This document shows positions 9,535 through 18,424 of a DNA stretch of 60,936 bases, in pieces (position 1 is the first letter of the stretch; every line of letters starts with the position of its first letter). This stretch comes from a virus, in IMG/VR virus record IMGVR_UViG_3300015241_000003. One strand, given 5' to 3'. A program made the translations under genes and the position numbers. Under the pieces are notes generated by a model that was not told where the DNA came from, ran no database searches, and saw nothing but the letters and a program-made list of their open reading frames with translations.

Positions 9535-10028
9535 CCCACGCTTTGCGTTGTACTGGCGTCTGGCGAGGGACTGCTGCTCGATGGGGGGCTCATCCGAAAA
9601 AAAATCTGAGTGAAAATTTCGATAAGATGCAAACCGTCAATTCCCTCCCTGAGCATCTCTTTTGTCATGAAAGGCTCGCTAATCTTCCAGCACTCGAGCA
9701 ACATGTCAGTCATGCTGTCGAGCTGCTCTTTAGTAAGCTTGTTTATCGAAAACCCTGCCTCAACTCCATCAAACATAGCTACAGCCCGAGTGTAAAGGTC
9801 AATCGGCGCAATATTCTTGATCTTGGCAGTTCTGGTACCTGCTACCACACGACCTATGTACTGATTGCCTTTCTCGTCCAGAAAAGGTGTACCGTCATCA
9901 AGAGTGAGAGGCTCATCTTTGTAGATAGAGAGAGGGATATGCATCATCTCTCTCGTGACCTCATCACGATTAACCACCTTTGGCGCTTTCGCCTGCTCAA
10001 ATGATGCTTCTACCGTTCCATTGTTCAT
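9531..10028 (-). CDS. tail assembly chaperone (gpG-like)
   Basis: 165-aa ORF between the major tail and tape measure genes, with a slippery run 60 nt before its stop. Confidence 0.7.
   Translation of the reverse strand: MNNGTVEASFEQAKAPKVVNRDEVTREMMHIPLSIYKDEPLTLDDGTPFLDEKGNQYIGRVVAGTRTAKIKNIAPIDLYTRAVAMFDGVEAGFSINKLTKEQLDSMTDMLLECWKISEPFMTKEMLREGIDGLHLIEIFTQIFFRMSPPSSSSPSPDASTTQSVG
9597..9604 (-). promoter_or_regulatory. programmed -1 ribosomal frameshift slippery site (T8 on the coding strand)
   Basis: The coding strand reads CAG ATT TTT TTT CGG. A -1 slip gives FFSDEPPIEQQSLARRQYNAKRG and then MSSPVIVD of the downstream ORF, with no stop codon. Confidence 0.7.
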
Positions 10029-10036
10029 AAATGCTC

Positions 10037-11302
10037 CTAATATTGCGAGAATTGGGTATTTGTGAGTGTTGTCTGTAGCTTGTATGGGTTATTCGGCCCA
10101 GCTCCAGAGAGCGGTACTACTACGCTCGTTCCCTCATAGTCGATCTCCCAATGCTTCCCGTCTTCTTGCGGATCTGGCCAGGGACTGTTGGTATACCCGA
10201 CTGTGAGCACCTTGTACTGAAGTGAGTTCAAAGTGTCAGGCTGCGTAAAGAGTGCGTTAAAACTCCCTAAGCCGACTTGAGTTGAGTCGGTTGTCCCTGT
10301 TTTCGAGCCATAGAAGGTCTGATAGATCGGTGAGAAGTCAGTCAGAATAAGCGACCATTTGAGCTTCACGTCACGCTTTGTGAAGAGTAGGCAGGTAGGA
10401 TTCAGACCCTCGCCTTGTGTGTCTGAATCGATGTTATTAGAGCGTTCAATGGTGGCTTTGCGGAGAGCCTGTGCTGTGCTATTCCCGTCAACGGTGTATG
10501 CGCCTTGCGTGAACATGAACGGCGCGTGCTGCTCAAGTGTGACAGTTGCAGCCGAGCCTTGGACCGTGCTCACGATACCAAACATTTCTATGGTATCGAT
10601 AACGATCTTGCCGTGATCCAAAACTGTGGTGAATTTGTTGACTTTACACGCCTTGACGCGAATGGCTGTACCACCACCTGAGTAGAGAATTCCCCATCCT
10701 GCCTCTACAGTGACGTATGGCGGATCGGTAGCCTGGTCAGGAATGACGTGGGTAGCTTTGCTCTTGACCGTACCAGTATTGGCATGAGCAAGCCTGAGAG
10801 CACCGCCATTATAGGTTGAGGCAACTGTCAGCGTGTATGGCCCGACTCCGGTCGCAGGGATATTGAACACGGCTATTTCCTCAGTAGCCGTCCCTGCCTC
10901 AAGAACAAGTGCTATTGTGCCACTGCCAGTTAAGCCGGTCTGAGCTGCAACTGTAATGCTTGTCGCACCGACCGCCGTCAAAGCAGAGAGCGTGGTAGCA
11001 ACGGCAGGGGCTGTGTAGGTGTCCGAAGAAGCACCTTGGTCCCACTTTTCAAAATAGCCCCGTTCATTCGGCCTGAGTGAGCTGACGACCATGATTTTGA
11101 CCATTTGGCCGTTTTTGATGAGCAGCGTAGTCCTCCTGCTCGAGTCGCCCTCCTCAACCTCTTCAAAGGCAGGCTCGATCACAACCTTTGTGCCATTCTT
11201 CCATCTAGGGAAGATCGTAGGCGCAGCGGGCGTATCTGGGCTAGATTGCTCTCCAAAGCCCAGATAAAAATTGGACCCGCGAAAGGCGTTCAGGATAGCC
11301 AT
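10037..11302 (-). CDS. putative major tail (tube) protein
   Basis: 421-aa ORF directly upstream of the G/GT chaperone pair. The call rests on position only. Confidence 0.5.
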   Translation of the reverse strand: MAILNAFRGSNFYLGFGEQSSPDTPAAPTIFPRWKNGTKVVIEPAFEEVEEGDSSRRTTLLIKNGQMVKIMVVSSLRPNERGYFEKWDQGASSDTYTAPAVATTLSALTAVGATSITVAAQTGLTGSGTIALVLEAGTATEEIAVFNIPATGVGPYTLTVASTYNGGALRLAHANTGTVKSKATHVIPDQATDPPYVTVEAGWGILYSGGGTAIRVKACKVNKFTTVLDHGKIVIDTIEMFGIVSTVQGSAATVTLEQHAPFMFTQGAYTVDGNSTAQALRKATIERSNNIDSDTQGEGLNPTCLLFTKRDVKLKWSLILTDFSPIYQTFYGSKTGTTDSTQVGLGSFNALFTQPDTLNSLQYKVLTVGYTNSPWPDPQEDGKHWEIDYEGTSVVVPLSGAGPNNPYKLQTTLTNTQFSQY

Positions 11303-11745
11303 TAGTTCTGCTCACTTTCCTCTTGCTCTTGCTCAGCAGGAACGTCAATGGGCTGCTCGATCACAACGGTTTGTGTGATCTCTTTCTCAGCAGGCTTTTT
11401 CTGCCGTGCCAAGAACGCTTCAAGCGGCTCTAGAGGCTCAAGATCGGATCTTGGATCGTGAAACTCAAAACCAATGTTTATCAATTCCTGCTCACTTTTG
11501 CCAGCGTGCTCAGGCGTGACGACCTTGCCCAGTCCAATGTACTTGGAGCGTAGATTTTGGTTAGGATCATGCCATAGCGTCTTCCCATACACATCCTCAT
11601 CCCGCCATAGCATCTCGTCTCCAGGCTCAAGGGTCAAGCTTTCCTTGACAGTTCCATCTGCATTGCGATGCTTCACGCCCTCTTGCAGCCCTGTGCCGAG
11701 CCCTTTGTACCGAGCCCCTGCAAGTCCTTCTGGTATTTCTGGCAT
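11302..11745 (-). CDS. hypothetical protein with acidic C-terminus
   Basis: 147-aa ORF in the tail module. Its stop overlaps the next start. Confidence 0.5.
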   Translation of the reverse strand: MPEIPEGLAGARYKGLGTGLQEGVKHRNADGTVKESLTLEPGDEMLWRDEDVYGKTLWHDPNQNLRSKYIGLGKVVTPEHAGKSEQELINIGFEFHDPRSDLEPLEPLEAFLARQKKPAEKEITQTVVIEQPIDVPAEQEQEESEQN

Positions 11746-11758
11746 CTATTCACCTCTT

Positions 11759-12277
11759 TCAAGATCCATATGGAAGTACTGTATAAGTAAGCGTCATCAC
11801 ACGCTTTACTAACGTTAACCCTACAAATGTCTCATCTTTTTGATCTTCATAGGAAGATAGAGAAATCTTGTCTAAGCTTATCGTGTGATTTGTTCCCTGA
11901 TATTCTGTGTCATCATTGCTTTCTACATTTGCACACATTCTCTCTATGTCAGTGTCAAGATCATCCCATATTGCATCAATCGTTTCATTCCTATCATCCC
12001 ACCTGGAATAGTATCCAACCGCTATAGGAACTATTGCACCATAAGCTGATTGCGCCTCTGGTACTCTCTCCTGGACATCTGAGAATATATTCACGGCTAT
12101 TGGTATGGCATCATTCATATTAAGAGCCATTTTGTATTTGGCTTGAACGTATATGAGCTCAGCCCCCGTACCTGACTGACTAATAGCAGCCAGTTGCGTA
12201 CCAACTGGTAAAATGCCTTTAAGGACATTCATTATAACTTTACTGGTGTTAGGGTTGTTTGGCTGTCTGAGCGGCAT
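11759..12277 (-). CDS. putative tail terminator / tail completion protein
   Basis: 172-aa ORF in the slot between the connector proteins and the tube gene. Position-based call. Confidence 0.35.
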   Translation of the reverse strand: MPLRQPNNPNTSKVIMNVLKGILPVGTQLAAISQSGTGAELIYVQAKYKMALNMNDAIPIAVNIFSDVQERVPEAQSAYGAIVPIAVGYYSRWDDRNETIDAIWDDLDTDIERMCANVESNDDTEYQGTNHTISLDKISLSSYEDQKDETFVGLTLVKRVMTLTYTVLPYGS

Positions 12278-12280
12278 GGA

Positions 12281-12493
12281 TTAACCTCTCTCTGGATAAT
12301 GCCACGTACCGGGCTCTTTGTCTTCAGAGTAGAGGCAAGATTTATAATCCATTGTCTGAAACTCACGCACATTGATATTGCCTGTATTCTTATCAAGGAC
12401 ATCCATAACTATGGCTGGCACATGCTTGTAAGGCTGTCCAAAACCTAGGTTATAGACATAATGCACAAGTATACCTATAGTCAAGTCTTCCAT
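12281..12493 (-). CDS. hypothetical protein
   Basis: 70-aa ORF tightly packed in the connector module. Confidence 0.45.
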   Translation of the reverse strand: MEDLTIGILVHYVYNLGFGQPYKHVPAIVMDVLDKNTGNINVREFQTMDYKSCLYSEDKEPGTWHYPERG

Positions 12494-12494
12494 A

Positions 12495-12974
12495 TCATCC
12501 CCCTAAAATAGACCGTATCTCTTGTATGGCCTTTTGCATCTCAGCTTTTACCGCGTTGGCTCTTCGATTCATGACAGGAGTTACGAAGTCATTTGCTTTT
12601 ACGGGACCTGAGCGCATAACAGGATGAGGTAACCCCTTCCACATGAGAGCTTTCTTAGTTACTGGGACAACTGCCTTTCGCCCTCCTGTGACCAATTTGA
12701 GCTTAAATGGCTGGCTTGTCTTCAACTCCATATGCGCACCAATACCCCTCTGCTCTGCTTTCGCTGAGAAAGAGCCTGATAGCGGCCCTGGGCTATCACC
12801 AGGTGGTGGCATACCCCCAGACTGGCCCTTTGGAGCTGCACTCGCTAGCTGTCCTTTCACGGTGTCACCCGCTCGCTGAGCAGCGTTCACGGTCACACGT
12901 GGCAGCTCAGTTTGTGCCTTGCGGACACGAGCCAAGAGCTTGTCTATGCCTGATGTGTCACTTCTGAAAATCAT
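12495..12974 (-). CDS. HK97 gp10-like head-tail connector / tail completion protein
   Basis: 159 aa. The N-terminal IDKLLARVRKAQTELPRVTVNAAQRAGDTVKGQLASAAP resembles the gp10 family, and the position fits. Confidence 0.5.
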   Translation of the reverse strand: MIFRSDTSGIDKLLARVRKAQTELPRVTVNAAQRAGDTVKGQLASAAPKGQSGGMPPPGDSPGPLSGSFSAKAEQRGIGAHMELKTSQPFKLKLVTGGRKAVVPVTKKALMWKGLPHPVMRSGPVKANDFVTPVMNRRANAVKAEMQKAIQEIRSILGG

Positions 12975-12976
12975 GT

Positions 12977-13288
12977 CTACCTCGTTATAGATGCTCTATC
13001 AGCATCGATACATTGAAACTCCATATGATTGTCTGGAAAGTTTTCGGGGATATTAGTGATTTGATACGCCTTTGGCATAGTTGTTACTGGATTATTCACA
13101 TTTAAGTCAGTTATATAGTCATTCTGCCTTAGATCAAGCTTGCCCAAGCAATATCCATCGAAGCTATAATGCGGTGGTAAGCTGTATGTCATTGCCTCTA
13201 TCTGACTCATCCTATCTATCTGGAAGAGGACTTTTGCATAGACTTGTACATTATTCCTCGTTACTTTGCCGTATACATCGTCACTCAT
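12977..13288 (-). CDS. putative head-closure / head-tail joining protein
   Basis: 103-aa ORF in the connector module. Position-based call. Confidence 0.4.
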   Translation of the reverse strand: MSDDVYGKVTRNNVQVYAKVLFQIDRMSQIEAMTYSLPPHYSFDGYCLGKLDLRQNDYITDLNVNNPVTTMPKAYQITNIPENFPDNHMEFQCIDADRASITR

Positions 13289-13296
13289 ACTATCCT

Positions 13297-13479
13297 CTAA
13301 TGCACTAATCTCAGAACTATATATACAATGTCAGCTACTACTGCAATAACCGCAAGGATGAGCACGATAATATCTAGCACATTGCGACGAGGACCAGCAT
13401 ATGCGCCAAGGACAGGCCAGAGGATGAGAACAAATAGATTAAGGATAGCTAGAAAGCTGAAGTCTAAGAAAATGCTCAT
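13297..13479 (-). CDS. small membrane protein (two predicted TM helices)
   Basis: 60 aa with two hydrophobic segments, FSFLAILNLFVLILWPVLGAY and IIVLILAVIAVVADIVYIVL. Confidence 0.45.
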   Translation of the reverse strand: MSIFLDFSFLAILNLFVLILWPVLGAYAGPRRNVLDIIVLILAVIAVVADIVYIVLRLVH

Positions 13480-13488
13480 AAATCCTCC

Positions 13489-14412
13489 TTAAACGCTTCT
13501 CTTGTACTTCTTGAGTATGCTGCATGCCTGCACTACCAGCGGATCTTTATCGCCTCCACTTGTAGCCCATCGCTGTTTACGCTTACCCATCAGTTGCTCA
13601 ATGGCCCCATAAGGATTGGCTTGTAGCCTCATCTGGACTGCAAAGAAGAGAGACGTTGCCTCTTTGATGTCGTCAGGGATACTCTGAAAGCCTCCCGTAT
13701 ACGTTGTCCTCATCAGGCCCTCTCGCATGATGACACTTGCTGGTTGGAACCTATACCAGCCATCATGCGGTACAGGGACCTCTATAGATGTGTCAACTGA
13801 GCTAAACTGACTTGAAAAGGAAAATGCATGTTCTATCGCTGATATATTGATGATTGGATAATTCCTGAGAAAGATGACACGCGTAAACCCGCCTTGCATC
13901 ACTGGGGGCATATGCGCATAGGCTATCTCAGCTTCTTGTGTGAGCAGAGCGGCTGCAAACGGATCACTGGAAGACATTCCCCCTGCTTCTGTTGTCTCTT
14001 TGAAGAGGAATGCCACGGGATCGCCCGAGTTGTGCGAGAACTGTGTAGCACTTGCGAGATTGATAGTGCCTGGATAAGGGCTCGCCCAATTGGTGACAGT
14101 GACACCGCCTGGCTTGACTAAGATCGTCTCTTGAAGGGCTCCGGTGCCGATCTGGACAGCCTGTTCGTCCAATTCATCAAGTGTAAGCGTAGACGCTAGC
14201 GAGATTTGTGTTGCTCCGGGACTAGCATTCTGTGAGAGCGTGCTAGAGCCCGGGGCTTGCAACCGTCTTCTACACTCGCTATCACAGCGTTGGCTGGCAC
14301 GTGCTAGGAGCTTATCGATGACATTTGCACTAAGAGCTGAGATAGAGGAGGACAAGGCAATGCCTAGGGGTGTCTCATTTAACTCACTAGGAGTGAGATA
14401 TAGTCTAGGCAT
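13489..14412 (-). CDS. putative head-tail adaptor
   Basis: Start placed at ATG 14412 (AAGAGGA RBS), which avoids overlap with the upstream gene. MPRLYLTPSELNE is an adaptor-like N-terminus, and the position fits. Confidence 0.4.
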   Translation of the reverse strand: MPRLYLTPSELNETPLGIALSSSISALSANVIDKLLARASQRCDSECRRRLQAPGSSTLSQNASPGATQISLASTLTLDELDEQAVQIGTGALQETILVKPGGVTVTNWASPYPGTINLASATQFSHNSGDPVAFLFKETTEAGGMSSSDPFAAALLTQEAEIAYAHMPPVMQGGFTRVIFLRNYPIINISAIEHAFSFSSQFSSVDTSIEVPVPHDGWYRFQPASVIMREGLMRTTYTGGFQSIPDDIKEATSLFFAVQMRLQANPYGAIEQLMGKRKQRWATSGGDKDPLVVQACSILKKYKRSV

Positions 14413-14434
14413 GTATAATCCTCTTATGCTTCTT

Positions 14435-15010
14435 TTACTCTTCACTCCACTCGATCATAAGGTTAAGAGATGCGGTCGCAGTAGGGGTTACTCCGTTCAA
14501 ATTGACCGCAAGGACCTCGCCAGTCCTCACGACAAGCGACTGTGCTGGTCGGTTGCCAAATTCCCAATTCACTCTGTCCATAGGCGGGAAGTCTGTAGCC
14601 GTGTAGGTTGCCAGTGCCAGCATGAGCTTCTGGTTTCGAATGGCAGTACCCACAATGGCACCCAGCGCCGATGGATTAGCAGTATATGAGAGCACTGAAG
14701 CGCTGGGTGCTAGATTTTGGCTGTCATGTGCTACAGGCGTTGGGCTCCCTGTTGAGGTGCCGCCTGTGTTTGCTACCGATCTCTTGAGCAAGAGCACATC
14801 AAGAGCAGCAGCCGTCGCAGCCGTGCTTGTGCCTACAATTTCAATGCGAGTAACTCTGACAAGCAACCCGCCTGCTGTGATCGTGAAGATATCGGTTGCA
14901 CTGTTCGCTGGTACCAATCCAACCTTTGCAGCGGAGTACGTTGCTTTCTGTCCATCGGTCGGGCCGCCTATAGTTTTATAATTGGTATCAAGCGCCTGTT
15001 GAAATGGCAT
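14435..15010 (-). CDS. hypothetical structural protein (possible capsid accessory/decoration)
   Basis: 191-aa Thr/Ala/Gly-rich, beta-rich ORF shortly after the capsid gene. Confidence 0.4.
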   Translation of the reverse strand: MPFQQALDTNYKTIGGPTDGQKATYSAAKVGLVPANSATDIFTITAGGLLVRVTRIEIVGTSTAATAAALDVLLLKRSVANTGGTSTGSPTPVAHDSQNLAPSASVLSYTANPSALGAIVGTAIRNQKLMLALATYTATDFPPMDRVNWEFGNRPAQSLVVRTGEVLAVNLNGVTPTATASLNLMIEWSEE

Positions 15011-15013
15011 TTT

Positions 15014-15265
15014 TTATTCCTCCAATCGCCCTGCACGCTTTTGCTGTTTCGCATACGTGTTTTGCTCCTCAGCAGTTGCCAAACGATATCCAAGCTGATT
15101 AAGCTGTTCAATATCATGCTCTTTGGCATTAGCAGGCGGATCAACCTTCAAGAAATGTCCGTCATGATAGTAGCGCCTCTCGGGTGTGCGTTGGCCTGCT
15201 ATGATCTCCTCAGAGAGAGCTACCATGCCGTGATCTTTTGTTTCGTGATAGAGCAGAATCCCCAT
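15014..15265 (-). CDS. hypothetical protein
   Basis: 83-aa ORF directly after the capsid gene. Confidence 0.45.
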   Translation of the reverse strand: MGILLYHETKDHGMVALSEEIIAGQRTPERRYYHDGHFLKVDPPANAKEHDIEQLNQLGYRLATAEEQNTYAKQQKRAGRLEE

Positions 15266-16711
15266 TTATGCAGCCCTCACTCTACCGATTTTGGCCGCGA
15301 ATGCAGGAGCCCTAAGAGCCAAAGACTTATCAGAAGTAAGTGCAAATTGGCGGGTCCTGGCATTGACGACAGCTAGAAGCGTGGTCTGAATCGGGTTGAC
15401 CTCTGGGCAGACCAAGATGTCGGGGTCACGCGGGATGAGGTAGATGTCCTCGGTCACCTGGGTACCTGTCTGCACACGTGGGAAGGTCACGCCATCGCTT
15501 ATAGCATTAGCACCTGAGCTGGCAACAGTCGCCCAATAGAGAGTATTGGTGGTAGCAGGGTTTTGGATCAAGCCAGTGTCTGTGAAGCTTACTACAGCCG
15601 CGTCATTGGTGATGTCATAGGCTGCACATACGGCATACAAGCTCTCAGTGCCACTAGAAGTGCTTCTGAAAATGCGATAGCCGATGATATCAATCACATT
15701 GCCATCCGCGTCTGTGGGAGCTGGTGTCGTCCAGGTCAGGACGACGTTTTTGGCATCAGCGGATGGGGTTTGTGAAGCTTCAGCACTAGCCGCTGTTAGG
15801 CCATATCTCGTTACTGCTTCCATCCTGTAGTAGTAGGTATTTGCAGCTAAGAGGGAGGAGCCAGAGCCAGTGTTACCAGTTGTGCTAATGGTTCCCATAG
15901 TGCCTTGGTTGCCCATGAAGCTAGAAATGATGATAGGGATGTTTCTGTATGACTCGACTTCTACACCTGCATCAATAGCATTGTCAGCTACAGGTGCATT
16001 AGGGTCTCCAAAGTCATCGCGCAAGAACATGCGCTTCATCACTTGATTGTATCGTGCATTCTGGACGTGAAGACCGTTGAGGTATGATTGCATCTTGGGA
16101 GACATCATCCAAAAGTAGTCCATACCAAGCTCTTGAGCATATCGGCCTCTGACAGCATCAATAGCATTGTCCATCATCAGAAATGCGAGCAGCTGGCTAT
16201 TGGCATCAATCTTGTTGGCATTGGCTACCATCAGATCTACGCCGTCCCATTGCGGCCGCTTTGTGTTGAGGGTGGCAGACGCTGAGCCATACATGTGAGT
16301 CGTCTCTTCCAACCATGCCATCGCCTTCGCATGAGCCCCCAGTTCCAAGTCGAACAGGTTCCCATTTGCCCTTGCAACCTGTACTGTGAAGTTACTCAGG
16401 TCACCAACGGATTCAGTATGCTTGATAGGGAATTGTCCCTGAGTGTATGTGCTATTAGAAGCAGCCACCGATCCCGTACCACTGTTAGGAGGTGCTTCTG
16501 TGGTGTGCTGAGGCTGTGGTAAAGCCGTTCGCTTATTGAAGTAAAAGATGTCTGTTTCCCACGTCTGGTGCGGAATGGCTCTCTCAAGTGGTGCCCAGGC
16601 ACGTCGTAGCTCAGTGAGCAGACGATCAATGACTTTTGGCACAAGATTGATTGCGCCGCCTGTTGAGGCCAGTGAGTATGCCTCTCTAATTTCTCTAAGA
16701 GTCGCTGGCAT
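15266..16711 (-). CDS. major capsid protein (HK97-fold) with Fn3-like insertion
   Basis: 481-aa ORF right after the protease/scaffold gene with a GGGAGG RBS. Size and position fit a major capsid protein. Residues about 286-385 look like a fibronectin-III-type insert. Confidence 0.75.
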   Translation of the reverse strand: MPATLREIREAYSLASTGGAINLVPKVIDRLLTELRRAWAPLERAIPHQTWETDIFYFNKRTALPQPQHTTEAPPNSGTGSVAASNSTYTQGQFPIKHTESVGDLSNFTVQVARANGNLFDLELGAHAKAMAWLEETTHMYGSASATLNTKRPQWDGVDLMVANANKIDANSQLLAFLMMDNAIDAVRGRYAQELGMDYFWMMSPKMQSYLNGLHVQNARYNQVMKRMFLRDDFGDPNAPVADNAIDAGVEVESYRNIPIIISSFMGNQGTMGTISTTGNTGSGSSLLAANTYYYRMEAVTRYGLTAASAEASQTPSADAKNVVLTWTTPAPTDADGNVIDIIGYRIFRSTSSGTESLYAVCAAYDITNDAAVVSFTDTGLIQNPATTNTLYWATVASSGANAISDGVTFPRVQTGTQVTEDIYLIPRDPDILVCPEVNPIQTTLLAVVNARTRQFALTSDKSLALRAPAFAAKIGRVRAA

Positions 16712-18052
16712 TTAAACCTCCCCTAAAAATTGCAAGTTGCCATCCAGGCTCTGCTGAGCGTCCATAATCCCCATCAGCTCAACTTCAAATTCTTTGAGTA
16801 TCCATTCGCCATTCATACCCTCAGGAAGTGGCTTTGAGCGGTCAAGAAGATCAAAGCGGGTATTCACATCTCGCAACTGCTCACGCATGTAGTCACCCTT
16901 GCGATAGTATGGCTTCTTGGGCTTCTCTTGCTCATTGGAGCCTTCAACCATGCTCTTTCGCTGGGGAACATAGCGCGGATTCATCTTCTGTTGCATCTCA
17001 GTGAGCTTTGTCTCAAATGAGGTTTGCATCTCAGTGAGCTTGGCATCAAGCTTTTCCTGCATGATCTCATCTTGTGTCTTAGGTGCTGCGACTGTGTAGC
17101 CAGCCTCTTGCAAGAGCTTCAATGCATCCTCAGCAGTCGGCTTTGATGCCTCTTGCTTCTGCTTCTCAGCTTCCTTTTGCTGAGCTTGCTGTTGTTGGGC
17201 GAAAGCCTCTTGCAACTCCTTGAGGAGCTGAGCTTTCTCTTCAGGTGTCATAGGTTGCTCCTTTGTTTCTGGAGGTGCAGACTTATCGCCCGTACTCTCC
17301 TTGCATTCTTTACCAAGAAAAGCGGCTAATCCGCTATGTGCTTTTGTGAGGTATTCTGAAGTCTGAGAACTAAACTTTGCTCCTACCTCAGTAATACCAA
17401 GAAACGTTAGTGCAGTGGAACGCTCCATATCATCAGGAGCACAATCTAAATCCATTGCTTTTGCAAGATAATCATGAGTAGTACTGAGTGATTGTGGGTA
17501 GAGAGCTTCTACTGTTTTTACTTCTTCTATAAGTGCAGTATCTTTAAAAGTGAATATCTCAGTAAGGTCTTGAGGTTCTCTCGATTCGGAGACGTACTCG
17601 ACGCGTGCGTTAGGAATGCCAGGTGAGGAGGTAAAGTCGATGCCAGTCAGGCGAATGTTCTCGCCTCCTACCATTGGGTATGGCTCGTCATTGTCGATGT
17701 ACATCTCAGCATTGACGGCTCGCAAGCTCTGGGATTTGATGTAGCCACCCTTGACCAGTTCCACAACCTCGTGGCCTGCTTGTGTGTCCGGTACATCGAT
17801 GAGAGCAAAAGCTTGCGTGCCTTCCTTGCCGATGGCTGCAATCTTGCCGACAATCTCATTAGTGGCATCCATATATGCAGAGTCGTGTGAGAGGTAGACA
17901 GTGAGAGGTAGCGCGTTAGGGTCGCTGAGCTGTACTTGAGCAGCTTGCACGAGACGATTGACGGTCAGGGCAGGGTACTTCCTGCCATTCAGAGATGTGG
18001 CGTCATCCTCTAGGAAGATAGATTTTACACGAGCTATGCGGTTTTCTACCAT
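16712..18052 (-). CDS. prohead protease (HK97/S78-like) fused to coiled-coil scaffolding region
   Basis: His56 (YLSHD) and Ser107/109 (IKSQSL) are spaced about 50 aa apart, as in HK97 gp4. The C-terminal half is Glu/Lys/Gln-rich coiled coil (EEKAQLLKELQEAFAQQQQAQQKEAEKQKQEA). Confidence 0.5.
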   Translation of the reverse strand: MVENRIARVKSIFLEDDATSLNGRKYPALTVNRLVQAAQVQLSDPNALPLTVYLSHDSAYMDATNEIVGKIAAIGKEGTQAFALIDVPDTQAGHEVVELVKGGYIKSQSLRAVNAEMYIDNDEPYPMVGGENIRLTGIDFTSSPGIPNARVEYVSESREPQDLTEIFTFKDTALIEEVKTVEALYPQSLSTTHDYLAKAMDLDCAPDDMERSTALTFLGITEVGAKFSSQTSEYLTKAHSGLAAFLGKECKESTGDKSAPPETKEQPMTPEEKAQLLKELQEAFAQQQQAQQKEAEKQKQEASKPTAEDALKLLQEAGYTVAAPKTQDEIMQEKLDAKLTEMQTSFETKLTEMQQKMNPRYVPQRKSMVEGSNEQEKPKKPYYRKGDYMREQLRDVNTRFDLLDRSKPLPEGMNGEWILKEFEVELMGIMDAQQSLDGNLQFLGEV

Positions 18053-18063
18053 GGTTACCTCGA

Positions 18064-18101
18064 CAATAAAAAAAGAGCCCTAACCTCGAAAGGTTGGGCT
18101 C
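18064..18101 (-). terminator. intrinsic terminator
   Basis: The minus strand reads GAGCCCAACC-TTTCGA-GGTTAGGGCTC followed by TTTTTTTATTG. Confidence 0.8.
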
Positions 18102-18141
18102 AGGCTCTAAGGGCTCAGGCTCTTGGTTACTTATTCAGTTA

Positions 18142-18257
18142 GGTGAGAGGCTAGGATTTGCACCTAGCATGTGGGATAACCTCGAAGACTCTATCTGCTT
18201 TCGCTTAATCCCTGACGATAGCCCGCTTCTAGCGTCTACCTATTCCGCCACTCTCAC
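18142..18257 (-). ncRNA. aberrant tRNA-Leu-like element (116 nt; possible pseudo-tRNA or tRNA-like ncRNA)
   Basis: GTGAGAG-TG-GCGGAATAGGTAGACGC is a class-II acceptor plus D-arm, and CTAGG-TGCAAAT-CCTAG is a T-arm. CTCTCAC pairs with the 5-prime end. The anticodon arm is replaced by a 46-nt hairpin. Confidence 0.4.
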
Positions 18258-18424
18258 ATAATACGCGCTAGTCGAATCGAACGTCGTCGCCCGCGGATTG
18301 AAGTCCGCCATGCACCTTACACCGAACGCGCTTGCAGCAAAAGGCGTCTGTAGACTTGACACTTTCCTTGCAGGTGCCTGGTGTTCCTGCGTCCTCTTGC
18401 TGAAACTAGTATAGCACGGTATTA

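Noticed and set aside
18258-18330. A tmRNA-like 5-prime motif on the minus strand (GGGCGAC-GACGTTCGATTCGAC, reminiscent of GGGGxxx..GGAUUCGAC of ssrA), preceded by a T-loop-like hairpin GCGGA-CTTCAA-TCCGC.
   Set aside because: There is no complementary 3-prime acceptor strand (GTCG(C/T)CC) and no G3-U70 pair. I found no tag reading frame and no standard or permuted arrangement that works. The TTCGATT 'T-arm' has two mismatches in five pairs. I kept it only as part of the unassigned ncRNA locus.
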